Positions 7,840 through 16,045 of a stretch of 43,950 nucleotides of DNA are shown here, piece by piece. The notes below the pieces were generated by a model. That model saw nothing but the letters and a program-made list of their open reading frames with translations, was not told the origin of the DNA and searched no databases. Position 1 is the first letter of the stretch. The number at the start of each line of letters is the position of its first letter. A program made the position numbers and the translations under genes. The DNA is from a virus (lineage: Duplodnaviria > Caudoviricetes), in the IMG/VR virus record IMGVR_UViG_3300012041_000032, positions 1 through 43,950 of that record; one strand, 5' to 3'.

Positions 7840-10013
7840 CTCCCACTCGCCATTGGTCCCGCGAGGAGATACTGGCGCTGCTTGGGCCGGTGAAGCCGAT
7901 AACGGGCGGCGACGTGATGGCCCATTGCCCCGGCCACGCCGACGGGCAGAAGCACAAGATGAAAGGCGGGCACTCGCTCATCGTCCACCCCGACGGGACG
8001 GCCAAATGCTTCGCGGGGTGCTCGTGGCCGCAGATTGAAACGGCGCTGGTGGCGCTCGGGGGCAGCCGGTCGCATGGCCACAGGGTAGCCACAATCCCGC
8101 CCGTGCGCCCGGCGAAGGACGGCGGCGCGAAGTGGATGCATATCGAGTCCTACGACTACGGCCTGGCGGTCAAGGCGCGGTTCGAGCGGCCTGACCCGGA
8201 CTCGGAGAAGGGCTACGAAAAGCGGTTCGCTTGGCGGTTGCCGGCCGCGCAGAAGTGGAGCGGGTTCGAGGGCAAGTACAGCGTCCACGACATGCCGCTT
8301 TACGGCGCGGCGGAGATTGCCGGCGACACGACGCGCGCGGTGTGGTTCTGCGAGGGTGAGAAGGCGACCGCGGCGATACGGAAGGCCGGCGAAATAGCGG
8401 TGTGCGGCGCGTGGGGCGCGTCTCAGCGCGAGTACGGCGATGCGCTCGAGGTATTGCGGGGCCGGAACGTCATCTTGTGGCCTGACAACGACCAGGTGGG
8501 CCGCGAGTACATGCGCGAGGTTCGGAAGGTGCTGCGGCCGCTGGCGAAGTCGATTACGGTGGTCGATGCGCCCGTGCCGCCTGGTGGCGATGCCGTGGAG
8601 TTCTTCAAGGCTGGCGGCAAGGTCGAGGACCTGCTGGCGGGTGTGGTGTTCGAGGCAACGGTCGATGTGCTGGCGGCGGACCGGCTGACGGTGCGGATGC
8701 CGGGCGATTCGGGCGGGGTGATTGCGTTCGAGTTCGCGGACATGCATTACAAGCGCGAGGCGCTGGAGGCGAACCTGGCGGTGCGGCCCTCGTGGGACAC
8801 GGAGAGCTACGAGCAGTTCATCAACCTCAAATCGCAGAGCACGTTCGAGGGGCTGGTGCGCGTGCTCAAGGGGCTGTTCGCGGATACCGACCGGCCGCAG
8901 AACTGGACGCGGGCGGTGCAGTTGGCCTACTCCCGCGTAAAGAAGGCATACGACGAAGTAGAGCGCGCCATCCAGGTCGATTCGCTGCCGGACTACGGCG
9001 AAAACGTGTTCATGGTGGACTCGCTGGTCCCGCTGGGGACGACCACGGTGTTCTTCGGGCGCGGCAAGTCGGGGAAGTCAACGCTGGTGAAGGCGCTGGC
9101 GCTGGAAATCGCGATGGGCGGTGCGTTTCTCGGCCATAAGGTGAGGCACCCCGGCGGCGTGATTGTGGTGGACTACGAAGATGCGCGGGCGTGCAAGCGC
9201 GAGTTTCGGCGCATCCTCTCGGGCGCGGGATTGGACCCGGACATCCTGGGCGAGCTGCCGATTCACTTCTGGCCGACGAACGGCGAGGCGCTGGTTACGC
9301 AGATACCGGGCATCCGGCGATTCGCGGAGAAGCACGAAGCCGTGGCGATGATCGTGGACTCCGCGATGCCCGCGTGTGGTGGCGAGCCTGAGAAGCCTGA
9401 GCCGGCCCTTTCGTTCTTCAACGGACTCAACTCCCTCGGCCTGACGAACCTCGTGGTCTCGCACGTCTCGTGGGGCGAAGTGGAGAACGGGTTGCGCCGG
9501 CCGTATGGCAACGTGGCCTGGGAGAACATGCCGCGGCGCTTGTGGGCGGTCCATGCCGATGTCGAGGCGATGAAAAGCCCGCGTGACGTGATGCTCAAAT
9601 GCACGGCGACGAACGGCTCGTGGCCGGACCCGATTAGCTACCGGACCTACTTCCGCGGGCATCCCGACTTCGGGCCTATCGAGTTCGTGCGGACTGAGGT
9701 TGCGGACACGCCGGAGTTCACGCACGCGCTGCCGATGGATAAGCAACTGGCGCGAGTGCTGGCGGATGAACCGGCGGGGCTGGAGCTTCCGCAGATATGC
9801 GAGAAGCTGGCGGGGAACCCGAAGTTGGAAAGCGTGCGGGCGGTGCTGAACCGGAACAAGGAGCAATTCGAGGGCGAGCGCGTCGGCGCCGGGCGAGGGG
9901 CGCGGACAGTCTGGCGGCTGATCCAGTACATCCCGGTCTGCACGCGCTGCGGGATGCCGTCGGTCGGGGTGAACGCGACGGGGCAGGAAGCGTGTGAGGT
10001 TCATGATGGGTAA
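7836..10013 (+). CDS. DNA primase-helicase (Zn-binding + TOPRIM + RecA-like AAA)
   Basis: CPGH..CFAGC, CEGEK and WPDND (TOPRIM), Walker A GRGKSGKS, Walker B MIVDS. Confidence 0.9.
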   Translation: MTPTRHWSREEILALLGPVKPITGGDVMAHCPGHADGQKHKMKGGHSLIVHPDGTAKCFAGCSWPQIETALVALGGSRSHGHRVATIPPVRPAKDGGAKWMHIESYDYGLAVKARFERPDPDSEKGYEKRFAWRLPAAQKWSGFEGKYSVHDMPLYGAAEIAGDTTRAVWFCEGEKATAAIRKAGEIAVCGAWGASQREYGDALEVLRGRNVILWPDNDQVGREYMREVRKVLRPLAKSITVVDAPVPPGGDAVEFFKAGGKVEDLLAGVVFEATVDVLAADRLTVRMPGDSGGVIAFEFADMHYKREALEANLAVRPSWDTESYEQFINLKSQSTFEGLVRVLKGLFADTDRPQNWTRAVQLAYSRVKKAYDEVERAIQVDSLPDYGENVFMVDSLVPLGTTTVFFGRGKSGKSTLVKALALEIAMGGAFLGHKVRHPGGVIVVDYEDARACKREFRRILSGAGLDPDILGELPIHFWPTNGEALVTQIPGIRRFAEKHEAVAMIVDSAMPACGGEPEKPEPALSFFNGLNSLGLTNLVVSHVSWGEVENGLRRPYGNVAWENMPRRLWAVHADVEAMKSPRDVMLKCTATNGSWPDPISYRTYFRGHPDFGPIEFVRTEVADTPEFTHALPMDKQLARVLADEPAGLELPQICEKLAGNPKLESVRAVLNRNKEQFEGERVGAGRGARTVWRLIQYIPVCTRCGMPSVGVNATGQEACEVHDG

Positions 10014-11511
10014 GAGAATCGATCTTGGGGTAGCACCCCCGGCAGGGGCACCGTTTCCAGACTTGGCACCCCGGAGCCTTGCGGCGGTGCCGACTGTCGG
10101 CAGTGACGGGTTCGTGACATTGCTCCAGGGTGACGCGCTTACCGTGCTGCGGACGCTCCCCGACGGCGCGGCGCAGATGTGCGTTTGCTCGCCTCCATAC
10201 TGGGGCCTTCGCGACTACGGGTGCGATGGGCAGCTCGGGCTGGAATCGACGCCCGAGGAGTACGTCGCGCGGATGGTGGAGGTGTTCGCCGAGGTGCGCA
10301 GGGTACTGAGGGACGACGGCGTTCTTTTTCTCAATATTGGGGATTCTTACGCCTCTGCCACATCCGATCGAACCCTGTCTCGCCCGCCCTCGCGTGCTCC
10401 TGCATGTGGCATTGATGGCACAGAACAATCAGGTTCGCGGGTTCCTGGTTTCGCTTGTTTCGGTCTATGTGGTGGATGTTCAAGCGCTCGGGAGATCCGC
10501 AGTGCTGACAACTCCCAACCGCCTCGCGCCGTCGCCGCGCCTCTGCCGCTGACAGACCGTGGTAACGGGCATCGGGATTCCGAGCTAGCGCCTCCTGGCG
10601 ACGGGCTTCTCGGCGCTCAGGTGTCCACCACTCCCGAGTCTTGCGCGCACCCTCTGGATTGCTGTTGCCACTGCTCCAATTGTGGGGCTTGCCTAGCAGT
10701 GCTTTCGTCATCTTCTCGCGATGCTCAGGAGTGCGTTCGTACGGGCCAGTACACGGACGGCACTTCGCCGCTCGGGTTGGCTGGCCGCAATCAGGGCATG
10801 GGTGTTTCGGACTCGGCATGGGGATATTCTACCACGGCGTCCCTCAAGCCGAAGGACCTCGTAGGAATCCCCTGGATGCTCGCCTTCGCCCTGCGTGCTG
10901 ACGGGTGGTATCTGCGCTCGGACATTATCTGGAGCAAGCCGAACCCGATGCCTGAGTCGGTGACAGACCGGCCCACGAAGGCACACGAATACCTTTTTTT
11001 GCTGAGCAAACGGGAGCGGTATCACTACGACGCGGGGGCGATCCGGGAGAACTGGACTTCGGGGCGCGATGACATGCGAGAGAACGGCATCCGTACCGGA
11101 ATTGCCTACTGGCAGAACGGCGTCGCCTCGAACGATGTAAAGCCTCGCGCCACGGCCAAGCAGCGCGGGCACTCCCGCCGCCACGCCGGTTTCAACGACC
11201 GATGGGATGCGATGGAGAAGTCCGAACAGCAGGTGAACGGGCGCAACAAGCGTTCTGTCTGGACAATCGCCACCGAGCCTTACCCCGAGGCGCACTTCGC
11301 CACCTTCCCTACCGCGCTCGTGAAGCCGTGCATTCTCGCGGGCTGTCCCGAGGGTGGCACGGTTTTAGATCCGTTCGCCGGTTCAGGGACTACGCTCCAG
11401 GTAGCAAAGGAACTTGGGCGCAAGAGCATCGGCATCGAGCTGAACCCCGAGTACATCGTGCTCATCGAGAAGCGCATGGCGCGGGTAACGACGCCGATGT
11501 TCCATGCCTAG
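10003..11511 (+). CDS. Beta-class N4-cytosine/N6-adenine DNA methyltransferase with ~165-aa in-frame insertion
   Basis: SPPY (motif IV), LNIGDSY, LKPKDLVGIPW, HFATFP, DPFAGSGTT (motif I). Confidence 0.92.
   Translation: MMGKRIDLGVAPPAGAPFPDLAPRSLAAVPTVGSDGFVTLLQGDALTVLRTLPDGAAQMCVCSPPYWGLRDYGCDGQLGLESTPEEYVARMVEVFAEVRRVLRDDGVLFLNIGDSYASATSDRTLSRPPSRAPACGIDGTEQSGSRVPGFACFGLCGGCSSAREIRSADNSQPPRAVAAPLPLTDRGNGHRDSELAPPGDGLLGAQVSTTPESCAHPLDCCCHCSNCGACLAVLSSSSRDAQECVRTGQYTDGTSPLGLAGRNQGMGVSDSAWGYSTTASLKPKDLVGIPWMLAFALRADGWYLRSDIIWSKPNPMPESVTDRPTKAHEYLFLLSKRERYHYDAGAIRENWTSGRDDMRENGIRTGIAYWQNGVASNDVKPRATAKQRGHSRRHAGFNDRWDAMEKSEQQVNGRNKRSVWTIATEPYPEAHFATFPTALVKPCILAGCPEGGTVLDPFAGSGTTLQVAKELGRKSIGIELNPEYIVLIEKRMARVTTPMFHA
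10009..10033 (+). repeat. Cassette left end B1 (24/25 identical to 11525..11549)
   Basis: GGTAAGAGAATCGATCTTGGGGTAG. Confidence 0.9.
10331..10819 (-). CDS. HNH endonuclease nested antisense in the methyltransferase
   Basis: CQHCG...NIHHIDRNKRNQEPANLIVLCHQCHMQEH; NUMOD3-like RTPEHREKM; own promoter candidate. Confidence 0.85.
   Translation of the reverse strand: MPSPKHPCPDCGQPTRAAKCRPCTGPYERTPEHREKMTKALLGKPHNWSSGNSNPEGARKTREWWTPERREARRQEALARNPDARYHGLSAAEARRRREAVGSCQHCGSPERLNIHHIDRNKRNQEPANLIVLCHQCHMQEHARAGETGFDRMWQRRKNPQY
10826..10834 (-). promoter_or_regulatory. Extended -10 leaderless promoter for the nested HNH
   Basis: TGG-TAGAAT, 6 nt before ATG 10819. Confidence 0.7.
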
Positions 11512-12895
11512 GAAGGTGTCTCTTGGTAAGAGAATCGGTCTTGGGGTAGGAAGGAGCCTTTCAAATGTGGATTCATGTACCGAACAGCTACTTAGTCTCT
11601 GCACCGGAGCCGGGGGACTCGACCGAGGCGTCCACATGGCGCTCGGAAATGCTCGCACGGTCTGCGTCGTTGAATACGAAGCAAGCGCCATCGAGCTCCT
11701 GGTTACGCGCATGGAAGAAGGGCACCTGGACGACTGCCCTGTTTGGACGAATTTGCACACCTTCCGAGGCAGAGAGTGGCGTGGCCGCGTTTCGGGAGTC
11801 GTTGCTGGAATACCCTGCCAGCCGCACAGCGTGGCCGGAAAGGGACTCGGGGCAGACGACGAGCGTGACCTCTGGCCTGTCACTGCAACCCTCCTTCGAG
11901 ATGTTCGGCCTCGATGGTTCTTCCTCGAAAACGTCCCCGGAATCCTCGGGTACTACTTTGAGCGCATCCGGCCCGAGCTATCGGCTATGGGTTACTGCGT
12001 TGCGGAAGTCCTCGTCACGGCGGCGGAAGTTGGGGCGCCACACCAGCGCGAACGCCTCTTCGTACTGGCAACCAGAAGGTGCGGAATGGCGGACACCGGA
12101 CGCTCCGGGGCAGGGTGGGCCACGGAACAGGCAAGCGAGCCGGGGACACGGGCACCAGGAGACGATTGGGGAACAGGCCGAGAACTGGCCCACGCCCCGC
12201 TCGGAGGACTCGGAGAGCGCGGGGAACCATCCGAAGGCGACCGACAGCCTGACGGGAGCGACGACCGACTGGCAGACACCAGCGGCGGACAGCTTCCGCA
12301 GCCGGGGCGGGGAGCGGGTAGCGGAGATGGGGCTGGACCAACAGGCGCGGGGATGGTGGGCAACACCGAGGGCGGTGGAGGGCAAGACAGGCCCGGAGGG
12401 GAGCGCGAGCTTCGCCTACAGGCTGGAGAAGGGGTATCTGGACGCTCAAGCCGAGAACTGGATTACGCCCTCAGCGAACGAGGACACAGCGGGCACGGTG
12501 GACGGCCAGATGCAACAGATGCTGACCCACCAATCCAAGTCTTTCCTCCCGGCTACTGCCGACGCGGAGACAACCGCCCCTGCTGGGAAGACGGATGCCC
12601 AACCTGCGACGCCTGGAGACGAATCCTTGCCGAGCGCCCCGACCTCGCGCCGGCAACTCAACCCCAAATTCGTGTCCTGGATGATGGGCTGGGAACCATC
12701 TTGGACCTCCCTCGCGCCGCTCAGTTGCGACTCACGGGAAACGGGGTTGTACCTCAACAGGCCGCCTACGCCTTCCGGCTCCTCCAACTGGCCCACGCCG
12801 GACACGCAGAACATTCGGGGGGGGCGATGAGGGCTGAGACGAAGGGGGCGCACGCGCTGTCCCTGCACCACGCGGTGGAGGGTTGGAGTGCCTAG
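11504..12895 (+). CDS. C5-cytosine DNA methyltransferase, alpha chain (alternative start GTG 11567)
   Basis: LCTGAGG (I), GIPCQPHS (IV), LENV (VI), QRERLF (VIII), RLTGNGVVP (X); motif IX absent from this frame. Confidence 0.9.
   Translation: MPRKVSLGKRIGLGVGRSLSNVDSCTEQLLSLCTGAGGLDRGVHMALGNARTVCVVEYEASAIELLVTRMEEGHLDDCPVWTNLHTFRGREWRGRVSGVVAGIPCQPHSVAGKGLGADDERDLWPVTATLLRDVRPRWFFLENVPGILGYYFERIRPELSAMGYCVAEVLVTAAEVGAPHQRERLFVLATRRCGMADTGRSGAGWATEQASEPGTRAPGDDWGTGRELAHAPLGGLGERGEPSEGDRQPDGSDDRLADTSGGQLPQPGRGAGSGDGAGPTGAGMVGNTEGGGGQDRPGGERELRLQAGEGVSGRSSRELDYALSERGHSGHGGRPDATDADPPIQVFPPGYCRRGDNRPCWEDGCPTCDAWRRILAERPDLAPATQPQIRVLDDGLGTILDLPRAAQLRLTGNGVVPQQAAYAFRLLQLAHAGHAEHSGGAMRAETKGAHALSLHHAVEGWSA
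11505..11549 (+). repeat. Cassette junction A1+B2 sharing a GG
   Basis: TGCCTAGGAAGGTGTCTCTT-GG-TAAGAGAATCGGTCTTGGGGTAG; central dyad TCTCTT-GGT-AAGAGA. Confidence 0.9.
11565..12830 (+). CDS. C5 methyltransferase beta chain in overlapping frame (WxTP repeats + motif IX)
   Basis: AAGGAG RBS; six WxTP units; RQLNPKFVSWMMGW resembles motif IX. Confidence 0.8.
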   Translation: MWIHVPNSYLVSAPEPGDSTEASTWRSEMLARSASLNTKQAPSSSWLRAWKKGTWTTALFGRICTPSEAESGVAAFRESLLEYPASRTAWPERDSGQTTSVTSGLSLQPSFEMFGLDGSSSKTSPESSGTTLSASGPSYRLWVTALRKSSSRRRKLGRHTSANASSYWQPEGAEWRTPDAPGQGGPRNRQASRGHGHQETIGEQAENWPTPRSEDSESAGNHPKATDSLTGATTDWQTPAADSFRSRGGERVAEMGLDQQARGWWATPRAVEGKTGPEGSASFAYRLEKGYLDAQAENWITPSANEDTAGTVDGQMQQMLTHQSKSFLPATADAETTAPAGKTDAQPATPGDESLPSAPTSRRQLNPKFVSWMMGWEPSWTSLAPLSCDSRETGLYLNRPPTPSGSSNWPTPDTQNIRGGR

Positions 12896-13172
12896 GAAAG
12901 TGTCTCTTGGGCGTATCATCGCCACCAAGAGCGAATCTGCCGCGAAGGAGAAGCCGCGTGCGCGGATGGGGATGGCCGAAGCGAAGGCGGGCGGGCGCTG
13001 CCAGTGTGAGGGGTGCGGCGCGTGCAACGGCCTTGCGGGGTTCCCGTGCTGCGCGCTCATCGGTCCGGGGCCGTCGTTGTGCCGCTGGTGCGCTCCGAGG
13101 CCGCCTGAATGCGGTGGGTGCCTGATGCATTGGGAGCGGCTGCAAGCGAAGCGAAAGGCGGCGCGGGGATGA
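12888..13172 (+). CDS. Cys-rich small protein
   Basis: CQCEGCGAC...CC...CRWC...CGGC; coupled on both sides. Confidence 0.6.
   Translation: MPRKVSLGRIIATKSESAAKEKPRARMGMAEAKAGGRCQCEGCGACNGLAGFPCCALIGPGPSLCRWCAPRPPECGGCLMHWERLQAKRKAARG
12889..12910 (+). repeat. Cassette right end A2 (21/22 identical to 11505..11526)
   Basis: TGCCTAGGAAAGTGTCTCTTGG. Confidence 0.9.
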
Positions 13173-13582
13173 GCGGCTACGACTGGCAGAAAGCCCAAGA
13201 GCGCCGGGTGAAGCTGCGCGAGCGGCATGGCGTTTGGGAGCCTGCCCACTGCTCCGAGATGTTTGGGGACAACGCAGAAAAGCGGTGCGTGAAATGCGGC
13301 GCGCCGCTCACGGGCCGTCAGCAGCGATGGTGCTCGACGGAGTGCGTGGTTTGGTACATGCAAAACCACCTGTTCGGCTCGGCACGCCGCGCTGTTCAGA
13401 ACTCCGCCACGGCGTGCGCGATGTGCGGGGGGCCGCTCGGCTCGGACATCGAGGTAGACCACATCGAGGCGGCGAACGGCGCACACGCCCTAAAGTCGTG
13501 CCTTCACCACCTCACCAACCTTCGCGCCCTTCACGGCCAGTGTCACCGCGAGCGAACCCGCGAGCAAAGGCGGCGGCGGTGA
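13169..13582 (+). CDS. HNH endonuclease
   Basis: CAMCG...EVDHI...NLRALHGQCH, plus N-terminal CVKCG..WCSTEC. Confidence 0.85.
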   Translation: MSGYDWQKAQERRVKLRERHGVWEPAHCSEMFGDNAEKRCVKCGAPLTGRQQRWCSTECVVWYMQNHLFGSARRAVQNSATACAMCGGPLGSDIEVDHIEAANGAHALKSCLHHLTNLRALHGQCHRERTREQRRRR

Positions 13583-13648
13583 ACTATCGAGAAGGGCGCG
13601 AAGGTTGGTGAGGTTGCGGATTGGCCGAGGGACGATTCCCACAACGTC

Positions 13649-13954
13649 GTGCGGGCTGCCCTATCCGGGGAAATGGGTGCGGCGGTGATTGTCGCGGTTC
13701 CGGGGCGCATCGATGCACTGCCCGAGGGCGCGAACTACCGGGACACGGGTTGCTCGCTGCATTCGGCGTGTCTCAGCTGCCCGTTCGAGCAATGCCGCTT
13801 CGATGGTGAGGGAACCCGAAGCCTCCGGGCTGAGCGCACCAAGCAGCGCGTGCGGGATGCCTGGGTGCGAGGGCTGTCCATCAATGGCATCGCTGCCGAG
13901 GCGGGCATTTCACGCCGCTCGGTGCATAGGGTGCTGCGGGAGTTGCGGGGATGA
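13649..13954 (+). CDS. Cys4 + HTH transcription regulator (start may be GTG 13685)
   Basis: YRDTGCSLHSACLSCPFEQC followed by GLSINGIAAEAGISRRSVHRVL. Confidence 0.75.
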   Translation: MRAALSGEMGAAVIVAVPGRIDALPEGANYRDTGCSLHSACLSCPFEQCRFDGEGTRSLRAERTKQRVRDAWVRGLSINGIAAEAGISRRSVHRVLRELRG

Positions 13955-14337
13955 TGCTCGTGTTCCGCGTGCCGCTCCCGCCTGTGGCGCTTTCGCCTAA
14001 CCGGACACGAAACGTCCATTGGTCGGTGAAGCACGCGGCGGTCGAGCAATACAAGCGTGACGCGGGATACCTGGCGCGGGACGCGGCGAACCGGGCGAAG
14101 TGGTCGGCGCCGGCTAAGGCGCGCATAAGCCTGCTGTTCGGCCTCAAAGGAAAGGCGACTGGCCTCTACCATCCTTCCGATTGGGATAACGGCGCCGGGG
14201 CGATGAAAGCGGCGCAGGATGGCATTGTGCTGGCGGGAGTGTTGCGCGATGACAATTGGGCCGCCCTGGAAGTCGGTAGCATCGCTGCGACGTTCGAGGA
14301 CGGCCCGTGGGTGGAGATCCGTTTGGAAGTGGTCTAG
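13951..14337 (+). CDS. rusA: RusA-like Holliday junction resolvase
   Basis: LPP..SPN, DWDN...K..QDG.....DDN, VEIRL. Confidence 0.8.
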   Translation: MMLVFRVPLPPVALSPNRTRNVHWSVKHAAVEQYKRDAGYLARDAANRAKWSAPAKARISLLFGLKGKATGLYHPSDWDNGAGAMKAAQDGIVLAGVLRDDNWAALEVGSIAATFEDGPWVEIRLEVV

Positions 14338-14567
14338 GGGCCTGTTGTGCTGTGTGTCGGGCGATACGGGGAGGCCGGGACGATGAAGTCGATCCGGGCG
14401 ATTTCGGCCGCGGTCCGGGGGTTGATTCCGCGGTTTCCGGCCTCCCATCGGCAGATCGCCGCGTTGCTCACTCCGAGTTCGGCGCCCATGCGGCGCTGGC
14501 TCCATCCCAGGCGGCCGCGAATGGCGCGGAGTTCGGCGCCGTCGATTACTCGCGAGTGTAGCGCCAT
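14334..14567 (-). CDS. XRE-family HTH protein
   Basis: LRAIRGRLGWSQRRMGAELGVSNAAICRWEAG. Confidence 0.85.
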   Translation of the reverse strand: MALHSRVIDGAELRAIRGRLGWSQRRMGAELGVSNAAICRWEAGNRGINPRTAAEIARIDFIVPASPYRPTHSTTGP

Positions 14568-14752
14568 CCGTTTAGCTCTCCTTCCATGCGGCCGGTGGCG
14601 ATGTGCTCTCCGTCCATGTTCGGCGCCGTCACCAGGTGGCGCGGCTTGCAATCCGGGCAGGGGCCGGCAATGGATACCATGCCGGTATAGCGGTCCGGGG
14701 TGATGCAAACTTGCCAACGATGGTTACAGCTATAAGCGATTGTGATCGGCAT
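14546..14752 (-). CDS. Small zinc-binding protein
   Basis: YSCNH...CPDC. Confidence 0.6.
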   Translation of the reverse strand: MPITIAYSCNHRWQVCITPDRYTGMVSIAGPCPDCKPRHLVTAPNMDGEHIATGRMEGELNGWRYTRE

Positions 14753-14918
14753 TGCGTAGCGTCCCGTCTTGGTTCCAGTTGTGAGCCGGGCAAACGGCGA
14801 TTGTCTGCCCGGCTACGGTTTCGATTCGCCATCCGAGCGGCGCGATAGGCGCGGCCGGCATAAGCGAAGGTTGGGCGGCCGGGCATGGTGCCCGGCACTT
14901 TTCACAACGGAGCTTCAC
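14730..14918 (-). CDS. Small zinc-binding protein
   Basis: CEKC...GW...CPAH; GTGA overlap. Confidence 0.6.
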   Translation of the reverse strand: MKLRCEKCRAPCPAAQPSLMPAAPIAPLGWRIETVAGQTIAVCPAHNWNQDGTLRNADHNRL

Positions 14919-15130
14919 GGCGTCCCCATGTCGTCGATGGCGATGCATCGCACGGTGTAGGGCGCATCGGTCCATACCTGGGCCTCATCCTCGGCGCATG
15001 GCATCGGCTTGCGGTCGAAGTCGGCGCTAAGGGGCTGTTGGGTGATGCGGAGGGCGCTGACAAGGGCCGCGGTGAGCACGGCCCCTATCAGCAACGCGTA
15101 CCAGGGAAAGCGTTGCGTTGGCGGCGTCAT
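14915..15130 (-). CDS. Small membrane-anchored protein
   Basis: WYALLIGAVLTAALVSAL hydrophobic helix; GGAGG RBS. Confidence 0.65.
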   Translation of the reverse strand: MTPPTQRFPWYALLIGAVLTAALVSALRITQQPLSADFDRKPMPCAEDEAQVWTDAPYTVRCIAIDDMGTP

Positions 15131-15378
15131 ACGGCCGCCTCGGTCAGTCTTGGTTGTGTGACGCGCCTCAAGAGGCACGCTACGGCCTGCGCGCGGGTTG
15201 TGTGGCCGTTGGCGTGCTTGTCGGCGTCTCCGGCGGTCCAGCGGCCTTCACGGTGGCGCTGGATGACTTTGCCGGCGTAGTCCACGGTATCGCCTTGCTC
15301 CGTGCGGGTCGGCACGTAGACGCGGTAGGTTCGGTAGGCGGTTTCGGATTGGCGGTCCAGGTAGAGGTGGGTGGTCAT
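15127..15378 (-). CDS. Hypothetical protein
   Basis: ATGA overlap chain in the leftward operon. Confidence 0.65.
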   Translation of the reverse strand: MTTHLYLDRQSETAYRTYRVYVPTRTEQGDTVDYAGKVIQRHREGRWTAGDADKHANGHTTRAQAVACLLRRVTQPRLTEAAV

Positions 15379-15767
15379 CGGTGGGCCTCGATGATTCGTT
15401 CGAGGGCGGCGGTAACGATGTCCTGGGCCTCGTAGGTGAGCTGGTTCCATCCCCATCGCGCTTCCGTGTTCGGGCACTGCCATTCGACGGCGGCGAGAAG
15501 TTGCCCGAGGGCGGCGGTCTTGTTGCCGCGCTTCTGATTGGCGATGGCGTGGGCGCGGTCGTAGGCGCCTTTGCCGTAGTCGCCATTAAACAGCCATCCG
15601 GCGCGCTCGGTGAGCGTGCAATCGTTGGGATGGGCGGCGCATTCGGCGAGGGCAAAGGCCCAATCGACCGCGGCGGATTTGCGGTCGGCCAGGGGTGCGT
15701 TTGAGAGGTCGGCGATTTGCTTGTGCAGCATGGTCGCTTCCCTCTGTTCGTAGGATTCGGCGGTCAT
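15375..15767 (-). CDS. Hypothetical protein
   Basis: GGAGG RBS, ATGA overlaps. Confidence 0.7.
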   Translation of the reverse strand: MTAESYEQREATMLHKQIADLSNAPLADRKSAAVDWAFALAECAAHPNDCTLTERAGWLFNGDYGKGAYDRAHAIANQKRGNKTAALGQLLAAVEWQCPNTEARWGWNQLTYEAQDIVTAALERIIEAHR

Positions 15768-16012
15768 TCCGCGACCTCCACGACGGAGAGAACCTTGACC
15801 TTCTCCTTGTGCGACGGAAATCGGTACTGCCAATCGTCCTGGAGCCTGTTCCAGAATGCCTCGTACAAGTCTTCGACTTCCCACGGGGTGTTGAGATTGG
15901 CGAATAGCGTGTTGTCCGGCGTGATGCGTTCGGTGCGGGCTGGTGCCACGACCTCGCATGTTCGGGGGTCAAGGCAGATCGCGGTTACGTCCCATGTCTT
16001 AGCCATCGTCAT
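15764..16012 (-). CDS. Hypothetical protein
   Basis: AAGGAG RBS before ATG. Confidence 0.7.
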   Translation of the reverse strand: MTMAKTWDVTAICLDPRTCEVVAPARTERITPDNTLFANLNTPWEVEDLYEAFWNRLQDDWQYRFPSHKEKVKVLSVVEVAE

Positions 16013-16045
16013 GGCTCCTTGTTGCGGGGGTTGGTGTAGTGGTTT

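Noticed and set aside
10345-10842. Intein or group I intron in the methyltransferase
   Set aside because: No intein C-terminal His-Asn and no intron core recognisable by eye; the nuclease is on the opposite strand. Splicing is not formally excluded.
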